Below are positions 26,931 through 37,819 of a DNA stretch of 64,000 nucleotides, one piece after another. A model generated the notes under the pieces. The model saw only the letters and a list, made by a program, of their open reading frames with translations, was not told the DNA's origin and made no database searches. Location of the stretch: positions 485,757 to 549,756 of the forward strand of contig NMRA01000291.1 of NCBI GenBank assembly GCA_002633005.1, given 5' to 3'. Position numbers and translations under genes: made by a program. This DNA is from Phoronis australis. Taxonomy: Eukaryota; Animalia; Phoronida. How positions within the stretch are numbered: position 1 is the stretch's first letter; every line of letters starts with the position of its first letter.

Positions 26931-27499
26931 GCTGACTGACTAGTAAATGAAAGCAAGCGACGACGGAACTTAACACAACCGAGGTTGAACAATGACCGAC
27001 TCGGCAGCTCTCACAGTCAGACTATATGAAAAGAAATTGGCGCGAAATGTTTGCCTCCTAAAACGTCACTTCCGGAAAAGCGGACGAGTAATTAATAAAA
27101 TTACGAAAAGCTGTAATTAAGTGGAAAATATGTCTAGGATAACCAACCAACCTTATTTTAGCTCAAAATGACATGGAAAAAGGTTGCCTTCGCCTTTAAA
27201 ATAGCTAATTTCTTTCAGTATGAACTTATTGAATCCACTCCCTATAGCCCAGATCGGCAAATACGGCAGTCTGAGGAAGGGTCACAATGCCATTTTGGTC
27301 AAATCTCTTCGCGTTATGTCCCAAATCATTCTGCTCCGGAGGTGGTGTTGGTTGCTGGTTTCCAGCTTTTGTAGCAGGTCGTTTGGAGTGTTTCCGGAAC
27401 TACAGGAGATTTAGGTAAAGCCCGGCACTCTACTAGCCCCCTATCCTCCCGCTTATGAAACAATTATTTGTTTTGGAAAATATGACCACAAAGATCCCT

Positions 27500-28100
27500 A
27501 CACAAAGGACCATGAGACGATAACATGAGGAAAAGTTGAGGAAGCCATGCTAACCCCTGTTCCCAAACACCCCTTTTGCCCCAAACTATTCTATGTAACG
27601 CTATGTTAAACAACCTTCTATGAGTATAAGGTATTCCTTTCTATTCAACAACGAGCGGGAGAAAAGCCACTGTGTAATTACACATGCTGAAGCAGACTTA
27701 CAGGTAAATGTGGAAAAAGGCACCCACACCATCAGAAACACTTGTGACAACACTTACGCCGTCTACGAGCTCTTGATCTATGGGACGTCTAATATGCCAG
27801 TAGACGCCAAGACTAAAATGGAGAAGTGGAATGGTAGTATTTCGGACATAATGGAACATTTCAGAGATTTGACCTGAACAAGTGCCGCCAACATGACAGG
27901 TCACAAGATGTGAGGGTACTGAACAGAGAAAAGTTCTTGGCGGTTTGAACGAGCTGTCAGAGACGCCAATAACCCCTCTCTGAGTAGACACGGAGGTGTC
28001 AAATTGAACTTAACGCAGTCAGTAACTCGTGATCCATTGCCTTGAAGCTGTTCTCTATGAACACCGACGCATGGGGTGGTGAAATTTTCTCGAGAACCAG
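27500..28100 (+). mobile_element. Possible degraded Penelope GIY-YIG region
   Basis: Fragments SISDIMEH and RDANNPSLSRHGG resemble the P.LNRD.G tail of PLE endonucleases. Confidence 0.35.
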
Positions 28101-28499
28101 TGACTCATCAATACCCAGTAGAAGCCAGGCTGCTCCGCGAAGTCGGGAAATTTACTTTATTCTATTGAAAGTTCCAGAAGTCATAGTTTATGAGTTTTTC
28201 CTAAATTATTAATAGTGTCCATCCTAGCCAGAGTCAACGTATATGTAACCTGCATAGATTACGCGTAATCTATACACATACCCCTATTCACTATAAGAAG
28301 AGGCAGTGTGGCTTAGTGTCCTTCCTCTACTCAAGGTTGTGTTTTCGAGTCACACGGGGCACGCTGCTGGTAGCTTGAGTCAAGTCCCTAGATCCTCAGT
28401 TCCGTTTCAACTAACTTAAATCATAATAATGGTCCAAGGTGATCAGTGCGATGGGCCTTCTTGAGTGGCATGCGTAGCTTTGGTACAACAATATTTTAA

Positions 28500-28949
28500 C
28501 TATTTATCAGTTGAAATGTTGGGAGGATATCTTATTCCAGTATTTAGCTATCCCTTATTCTTTGTATAATGGGATTACAGAAATGCTAATTCTTCATGTC
28601 TCATAAATTTAACATCTCGTCGCACAAAAGAGATGAATTTTCCTTGTTTCAGTTCAACGTGACCTTTGACCACCTCTCATTTGACATCGACTTTGACCTT
28701 GCATCCATAAATTTTAAAATAATATCAGAAATGCACTCTCCGTCCAAAAAACATTGGAAACCATAAATTGCAGGAACCTACACGATATCATGTTCAGAGT
28801 GTGGAAATTAGGCGAAATTCAAGATAGCGGCTTCCGCCATCTTGAATTATAAAAAATAATTTTATTCTCCTAACCACATATTATAAATTTCCAAAAGAAA
28901 ACTTTACAGTAAACAACACTACAGGGTCAATTTTTTGACAACTAGACTA
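28500..28949 (-). mobile_element. Repeat copy, inverted partner of 23148-23650
   Basis: Reverse complement aligns by eye with 23148 onwards, including the CAAGATGGCGG..CCGCCATCTTG palindrome. Confidence 0.75.
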
Positions 28950-29417
28950 AAGAAGAAAAAGTGAGGTACCGAGGATAGAATGAAATTTTTAGAAATACAA
29001 ATTAGTGTAATTTTTTATATAATTCAAACCAGTCTCTCCTCTGTTTTTGAAAAAATGTTTGACGTAGTTTTACGCATGTAAAACATGTTTAATGCCAAAA
29101 AAATTCCACTAAAATAGACGAGGGTCGTATTTGGTCAGGAAATACATTGCACAAGCTGTGAAGGAATGTACATGGCAACGTTGCACGGGAGTTGAAGAAC
29201 ATTGCATCGACCAAGCGTGGTTTGAAAGACATTTATATAAATATGCATAACTTCAATTTTTGTGAACTACAATTATGTTCAAAGATCATTAAGTTTATTT
29301 TAAATACGAATGAATGACGAAACTGTATTTGCTCTTACAAATTTTTAGGTAACTTGACATTTTGAAATTGGTCTCATTTTTTCCTAAATAGGTGCGATTC
29401 CTGGGCTAGGAAAGAAC

Positions 29418-29657
29418 TGTCAATTTATCATTGCTGGCTCCACCTGTTGGATTGTCACTGCGTGTCAGTTCATTATTGCTGACTCTACAAGTTGAATTGT
29501 CACAGCGTGTCAGTTTATTATTGCTGGCTCCTGCACCCGTTGGCTCGTCACGTGTCAGTTTACTATTGCTGGCTCCACAAGTTGAACGGTCACGGCGTGA
29601 CAGTTTATTATTGCTGGCTCTACAAGTTGAATTGTCGGTGCGTGTCAGTTTATTATG
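29418..29657. repeat. Minisatellite, about 42-48-bp unit, about 5.5 copies
   Basis: GTCAGTTTATTATTGCTGGCTC.ACAAGTTGAATTGTCAC.GCGT repeated. Confidence 0.9.
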
Positions 29658-32600
29658 TTGGCTAATTAATATAATGTTATGTAAGTCATTTTCAGTATTG
29701 GGAATGAAAATTAATTAAAAATACTTTTATCTTTAAGTTAATACTTGCATTTACCAGGCAGGGTGAAAATACTAGTTTACACATTTTCAGACCTTAGACG
29801 TCTTGAATAAAGGTGATTTTAATCAATCACAAATCCACCACTTTTGCATGTAAAAATGCGAAAGTGATGGCTTTGTTGTTGTTCATTCGAAAGGAATACA
29901 AAATATTTAAGTGTAATGTAATTACCATATACATAGGCGCATTACGCAGGGAGTTAGACATCAGCAAGAATTACAAAAATTCGGGCAAATAAGAAAAAAA
30001 TCAGGCAGCGCAATGGAACAACATTAGCGGTGGATCCATGGTGTCTCAAGAGGGGCAACTACCACAATTCGCGAAGGGAAAATGTCGGGTAAAACCCAAC
30101 AGAGGGTCCCTTTACTCCATTTGTGTGTCACGAAGTAAGAAATTGATGTTTTGGTACACTTTGAAGTGAGTTATGAAATCTTTGTCATATGCACCCCCCC
30201 CAAGTTGTCGGGCCTGCCTGTGTCCATATGCAGTCAAACCGCACTGAACAGGTCTTAGTTAACTGTCCACCGTCTTTTACAAGTCTCAAACTCAACTACT
30301 GAGAAAGGCTGGTTTGGTTGTAATGCCTTATAGATACAGCAAGACAATACTGAATGACGGGACGTTTGTTGCAAGGCAGCTTTACTTTGACAATGAATCT
30401 CGCCAGTAACAACAACATTATGTGGACCGTGCAAAAATGAAGCTAGTTTTGGATGCATTATGTCCCAATTGTATACCTTTAAAAGCTGCATTTCACCTGG
30501 TTTAGCTGGTCAATTGGGCGCCTTCTACTCTCCGTAATAAGGCTCAATTTCAGTTATCAACAAGAACAGTCATCAGTGATTCCAGAAAACACTTGAGTTT
30601 ATTAGGGTTAGCCATAGCAAATTCAAAAACAGTGCTGGAACGAATTACTTGGGACCATAGTTGTCATCTCATTCAACAATAATTCCGGATAAGAACAGTA
30701 AATGTTTTCAAAGAATAAGACGTTTAGTTTAAGAATTCAACATTGACAACTGAACAGGCGAAATGCAGCTTTTAAGTTCTCTTCCACCCATACCTCAAAA
30801 AAGTAATGACATGGCAAGGTACAATTTAAAAGAATACAATTGAAGAATAAAACATTGGACAACGTTGAAGTAAATGAATAGTAACTATAGTACACACTTC
30901 GTCTAAACATTGCCAATTATTACATGACCAGTAAATACAACAAATATTAATTGCACTCTTCATAGAAAGAAAATCAAAATGGTCTGAGCATAACTTAAAA
31001 CACAGTCAACAAACAATTCTGGTGTAAAAAGGACTACAAGGTGAAATGTCCAAAACCAGTTCTCATAATAACTTTAAGTTTTCTCTTGAGCATAGAGTCT
31101 TGTTTTTTATAGGTCACTCCTGGTACCTTATCAAAGTAATGTTTTAGAATCATACGATGTTGTGAAATGGCACGAACTTAATTTAAGCCCAGAATAATGT
31201 TGACATCGAAAAGCAAATAGTATCTAGACCATAAGTGAGGTTCCTACAATTGGTCAACATATACACATATACATATAGGTTAAGTTTAAATGAAAGTAGT
31301 TTTCTACTTAAATTCTAAAAATTAAGCACAGACACCAGTGTTTAACTCACAACTAAATACACACCTATTAGTAGCTGACAGTATGTTGGTCTTCATTGAC
31401 AAAATAATATAAAATAAGTATTACTAAACATAAAAGGGTTTTTAATCACTAAATCGCCTAAGAGACCACAAAAAATCATATTACTGATGAAATATTACTC
31501 AATTTAATTGCTAAATTCTCCAGTAATGTTTTGTTGTAGGACTCTTTTAACTAGAGATGGGTTAATAACAGTATATGACATACAAGGAAACCATTTTGAC
31601 TTTCATGGCAATCCTAGGTCAGAAAAGGGACCATGTCCCACTACACAAACCATAACCCCTTACAAAAATAGCATACTGCTCAATTTCTAACACATGAACA
31701 CCCATAANGTAGTTTTTGGATACATAACAAATTTTTGTATTAATAATTTCCACAAATTCGACTGCTTGCTTTATTTTGAGATACCTTGAATGAACTCGAA
31801 ATTCCATGTTTATCCCAATATTCCAAGTTCTCACACAATCAACAAAATAAGGTAATCTCCCAACATGAACTGTTTGATGTAGTACATCAACAAATACGTT
31901 GCTGATCTTGCAAAACTTGTGCATTAAATTTTTGGTGCATGGTTTTGGCATTACCTGCAGTCAAATGCTCAGTGCATTGTCACTTAGGTGAAAAGCAAGA
32001 CAAACTTCATGTCGGAGCCATGAAAATATAACATGCTGTCATTCATCTAGAATTTAAGGTAAGAGTACGATTCATAATTGGTTACAAAGCACGTTTCCTA
32101 GATCCAAGTGATGTTCTAAGTATCAGCCAATCAAAAAGTGGACCAGAGGTTTAGTATGGAAAATTTCGATGATTTATTGTTCAGATATGACATGCAGTGA
32201 AGTCAGTGGTGAATGGCCACAGTTGAGGTAAGAAATGTAATCTACATAGTATTACATAATTCACCATATAGTTTTACACTTGTGAAAAATATTTCTAGTG
32301 CCTAAAAATTTTGTTGCAATAGACGAGGGTCGGATTTGGACGGAAATCCATTGCACAAGCTGGTATTATGTGAAGTAATGTACATGCGATGTTACACAGA
32401 AATTGAGGAACGTTGTATTGAACAAGCTTGGTTTGAAAGGCTGTTTTAAAATTATGCATAATTTTAATTTTTGTGAACTACAGTTAAGTTCAATGAATGT
32501 TTGTTTATTCTGAATAGGAATGAATGATGGAAATGTTATTACTATGCAAAGTGAACGAGTACAGCCACACATGAAAAGTATTGACTGTACATTAAAAGTT

Positions 32601-33879
32601 CTATGAATTAAATATTTAAAGCTGCTATGAACCTATTTTCCCTTACAAATTTTTGTTCGATTTAGGCAACTTAACATTTTGAAATTGGTCTCAAAGTTTT
32701 TGCTTAATCTAAATAGGTGGGATTTTTGATGACAGTTTATTATTGCTGGCTCAACAAATTGAATTGTCACGGCGCGTCATTTTATTCCTAAGCATGCTAT
32801 CTAGGAACGATTTGTCAGTTCTTTGCAAGACCAAAAACCAGACTGCTCATCTGAGTAAGGAACAAGTCGAGGCCAATTTTACAATGATAATTTGTCTACA
32901 TGAAGATTGAGTTTCTTTAATGCACCAGGTTTATTACCGCTTTATATGTTAATATTTGAGTTAAATTTGAAGAATTTAAGAACCTCGGATATTGGTTAAT
33001 TAATATAATGTTATGTAAGTCATTTTTAGTATTGTGTATGAACTCTAACTAAAAACACTGTTGACTAAAATACTTGCACTTACCAGGCAGGGTGAAAATA
33101 CTATTTTACACATTTTCAGACACTAGACGTCTTGAATAAACGTGATTAAATGCAAAGTGGTGGCTTTGTGTTGTTCATTCAACAGGAATATAAAATGTTT
33201 AAGTGTTTTCTAATTAATGCATGCCATACACATATACGTGCATTAGACTGGGGTCAGATACAAAAATTCTGGCAAATAAGAAAAAAATTCAGGCAGCACA
33301 TCATCCAATGGAACATAAGCAGTGGATCCAGGATGTCTCAAGAGGGGCAACCACCACAATTCGCGAAGGGAATGTTCGCGTAAAACCCAGTAGAGGGGGC
33401 TCTTAACTCGATTTACGGGTCACGAAGTAAGAAATTGACGTTTTGGTACACTTTGAAGTAAGTTATGAAATCTTTGTCATATGCCCCCCAAGTTGCCATG
33501 TCTGCCTGTGTCCATATATAGTCAAACCACACTGACCAGGTCTGAGTTAACTGTTCACCGTCTTCTACAAGTCTCAAACCCAACTACTGAGAAAAGCCGA
33601 TTTGGTTGTAATGCCTTACAGATACAGCAAGAAAATATTGAGTGAAGGGGAGTTTGTTGCAAAGCGGCTTTACTTTGACAATAAATCGCGCCAGGAACAA
33701 CATTATGTGGACCGTGCAAAATGAGGCTAGTTTTGGATGCATTATGTACCAATTGTATACCTTTAAAAGCTGCATTTCACCTGGTTTAGCTGGTTAAAAC
33801 AAAAATCAGTTGGGCCTTCTACTCTCAATAATAAGACTCAGTTATCAACAAGAACAGTCATCAGTGACTCCAGAAAACA

Positions 33880-35443
33880 CTTTAGTTTATTAGGGTTAGC
33901 CATAACTAAAATAGCAAATTCAAAAACGGTGCTGGAACGAATTACTTGTGACCATAGTTGTCATCTCATTCAACAATAATTCCGGATGAGAACAGTAAAT
34001 GTTTTCAAAGAATAAGGTGTTTAGTTTAAGAATTCAACATTGACAACTGAACAGGTGAAATGCAGCTCTTAAGTTCTCTTCCACCCATACCTCAAAAAAG
34101 TAATGACATGGCAAGGTACAATTTAAAAGAATACAATTGAAGAATAAAACATTGGACTAAGTTGAAATAAATGAATAGTAACTATAGTACACACTTCATC
34201 TAAACATTGCCAATTATTAAATGACCAGTAAATACAACAAATATTAATTGCACTCTTCATAGAAAGAAAATCAAAATGGTCTGAGCATAACTTAAAACAC
34301 AGTCAACTAACAATTCTGGTGTAAAAAGGACTACAAGCTGAAATGTCCAAACCCAGTTCTCATAATAATTTTAAGTTTTCTCTTGAGCATAGAGTCTTGT
34401 TTTTTATAGGTCACTCCTGGTACCTTATCAAAGTAATGTTTTAGAATCATACGATGTCGTGAAATGGCACGAACTTAATTTAAGCCCAGAATAATGTTGA
34501 CATCCAAAAGCAAATAGTATCTAGACCATAAGTGAGGTTCCTACAATTGGTCAACATATACACATATACATATACTATAGGTTAAGTTTAAATGAAAGTA
34601 GTTTTCTACTTAAATTCTAAAAATTAAGCACATACACCAGTGTTTAACTCACAACTAAATACACACCTATTAGTAGCTGACAGTATGTTGGTCTTCATTG
34701 ACAAAATAATATAAAATAAGTATTACTAAACATAAAAGGGTTTTTAATCACTAAATCGCCTAAGAGACCACAAAAATCATATTTTACTGATGAAATATTG
34801 CTCAATTTAATTGCTAAATTCTCCAGTAATGTTTTGTTGTAGGACTCTTTTAACTAGAGATAGGTTAATAACAGTATATGACATACAAGGAAACCATTTT
34901 GACTTTCATGGCAATCCTAGGTCAGAAAAGGGACCATGTCCCACTACACAAACCATAACCCCTTACAAAAATAGCATACTGCTCAATTTCTAACACATGA
35001 ACACCCATAATATTTCCATAAAAATGAATGCCTGGGGTACAAAGTTAAGCTATACGAAATCCAATGATACTAAGCAAACATTTCGTATATAACACACTGA
35101 ACCACGGAGAAAATGTGAAGCGAAAGCATACATTGACATGTAGTGCAAAAATATTTCAAACTAGAAAAATATTGGGAATCAAAGAAATCCTATGAGACCA
35201 AGTCTAAGAGGACACGAAGAAAAATTTTACGGTCACATTTCACAGACAGTTATCTTGAAAGGACATATTTAGTTGACTTTTTGAAAAATATTGGTCATGC
35301 ATTTTAAGAACAAGAAACTGAACTTGCCTTGGCACATAAACTAAAAACACCGCAAACATCCGTGATAACACCCTTACCCAATTCAATCCCAACCCTTTTA
35401 AAATTTATAATTTTTCAATTTTTAAAAGCCATACTCAGCAGCC

Positions 35444-35482
<39 letters not shown>

Positions 35483-37682
35483 GCGTGCGTGGGCACCCAC
35501 CACAAGAATTTTTGTTCCCCAAACCTTAACAAACTGGTTACCTTTGACTAATGACGACTTTCTGCAGCACCTTGTCAAAAATAATCATAAGTCACATTTT
35601 TTCTGGAAATGTGAAATGCTTTTTGGTCTCATGCACATTCTAGTACTATCAGACTCGTGTGTAATAAATTGGTCAACAAGCCGTTAGCACAAGTGACTCG
35701 ATCATTTGGCTAAAAACCCATCCCGACATCTCAATTTTTTTTCTTTTTAGTTCCCCAACCTGATGGGCTTGCTGCCAACCCCGACTTTTTAATTTCCCTA
35801 TTGAAGCACCCTGGTTAACCTGTAGCGAGCAGTAACAGTCTCTTCTTTACATAGTGCATTGGTTGCTTCAAAACTGTCCTCGTTTCTGAAAGCTAGGTAC
35901 ACATGATTCTAAGAATTAACTCAAATTCTTACTCTAATGCATGGACATCTATTATTGCAATGCAACCCAAGAGCTAGACATAAAGATTTTCAAAAACAAC
36001 GAACCAGAAGTTTCAAAAAAGTTTTGAAACTGAACATCAATTACTAGACAAAAAGCAAAAAGAATGTCTTTGATTTAGCATTAATTGTTATCCAAAAGAC
36101 AGCATAAATGAATTTAATTTAATTTAATGAAAGGGAAGACTGTATTAACCGTCATGGTACTAAGCACCAGTGAGTTTTTCTCTTCTGCCAAGCAAATATT
36201 CTACTGGGCCACGCTGACATCCAACCCTTGAACTCGAAGTGAAACTTAGATTCAATATTTTTTCCAACTTGTTACGATATCAGAATGAGTATCTTTGACT
36301 GTGAGCTGGTGGACAGTATGGTTTATGCAGTTGAGTACATAATACAAGTTTGCACTAATTCTTGAAGCAACATGCTTGAGTTCAATATCAAGATTTTGAG
36401 TTGAATTAAAAGTTGAAGTGGAAATCCTGCAGTATGAGCATGTCACGTACGCTTACCTGTCGAAATCATTCTGTACCCTGGCACAAAGTCAAAGACACTA
36501 ACTGATTTTTCACCTACGGAGACCCGGAGATATCAATCTAAGATGAAGTTGAAGAGATTGGATCTTGAGCCCAAGACATACTACTGACAGTTAGTTCAGC
36601 TCAAATGTTTTAAGATGCAATCATGACCAGTGAGTTTTAAGGATGGGGACATTCACATCTCAAATCCCATGATTCGCCACTTGACCAGCATTAATATGAT
36701 TATGGAACACTAATTATACCAACAATGAAAACAAAAACATTGAATTTAACAAAATTCTGTTAAAAACATCAAAGCAAATAACATGACAACATGGAAAATG
36801 GTAATTATGCTCAACAATCTATTCGCAGTCAACCACTTGGATCTCCCTTCACGTAATTACACGAAGCATCATGTCACTCCCCGCATTAACTAAAAATTGC
36901 TCTGTCATGTTTGACAAAGAATATGCAATTTCAATAGCACCAACACAATTCTTATTTGATGCCCTTAATTATTTGCACATCAAGAACATTGAATGGTATA
37001 CGCAAAAACAGAAAGGTAAAAATTCTCCAGTTTACTCGAGGTCGAAGCTTATACCAAATTTTAGAAGAAGGCAATATTGACCATTCCAAATTCCAGAATT
37101 AGGATCAACAAATCATCATTCACCACAATATTTACACACTATTGGGATCACGAACACGATTCATCAGCGGTTATTTCGACAATTTTACAAACTGCCAAGT
37201 CTATTTTCTGATTCTAGTACAAAACACAATGTTTAGCATTTGAGAAATATGTTGACTGCCAAATCAACCAAGTACTACTTCTTCAGAATCGAAAAAATTC
37301 AATTTTGGTTTGAATTTTGGTGTCCCAAAGGTGAGAGACTACACCAAACTCAAGAAGTTTTACCTTAAGTGAAAATGATTGAATCCAAAGGAAGCTATTG
37401 CCGTCTGTTGTGGTGGGGTCCCACTTGTAAAGTTCCCATAGAAATGTTGGGATTTCATGAAATTTTATTTCCATAGCATAACCCTTGGTTGGGTTACTTC
37501 ATTCTCCAAAAAGGCAGGCACCCTCAAACAGGAAAGCTGCAGTAATTGAACCCACAATTTACAGTCCGTATGAAATATTGCTGCGAAACATAGTTCGCCA
37601 AGTGACTATCACAATACATAGCTTGCATATTCATTCACAAAAAGATGACAGAGCAATCTTCAGAAACATGCTAAGTACAAAC
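33880..37682 (-). other. Putative long AGTRAP 3' UTR ending near an AATAAA at about 33886
   Basis: AT-rich, repeat-poor sequence downstream of the stop; tttatt on + at about 33886 coincides with a sharp change in similarity between the duplicated blocks. Confidence 0.45.
35446..35491. repeat. (GT)n microsatellite
   Basis: Directly visible. Confidence 0.97.
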
Positions 37683-37819
37683 TCAAGGTTCTCCACTTCC
37701 TTTTGACATGTAGGGGTCACCACGAGGGGGCGTATCAATGCTGTGATGCGGAGAAGCTGTTTCTACTGTGTTGGTTGGCACAGGTTGATCAATGTTTTCA
37801 TAAGGACCAGGCATGCGAC
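37683..37819 (-). CDS. AGTRAP: AGTRAP coding exon 7 to stop (SRMPGPYENIDQPVP...GSGEP*)
   Basis: gattttcag acceptor; YENID matches AGTRAP YQTID; TGA at 37685-37683; total CDS 564 nt = 187 aa plus stop. Confidence 0.88.

Larger units (their letters stand above)
25499..27195. mobile_element. Internally deleted Kolobok transposon
   Basis: 145-bp near-perfect TIRs (25499-25643, 27051-27195), AG..CT termini, perfect TTAA TSD, convergent KolX-like and THAP remnants. Confidence 0.92.
22455..35008. repeat. Direct duplication: block A 22455-31707 and block B 31709-35008, joined at an N
   Basis: 22455-22900 matches 31709-32190; 29070-31707 matches 32270-35008; both copies end at GAACACCCATAA. Confidence 0.92.

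Noticed and set aside
29431-29718. Leu-rich repetitive 95-aa ORF
   Set aside because: Translation of the minisatellite; not conserved in block B.
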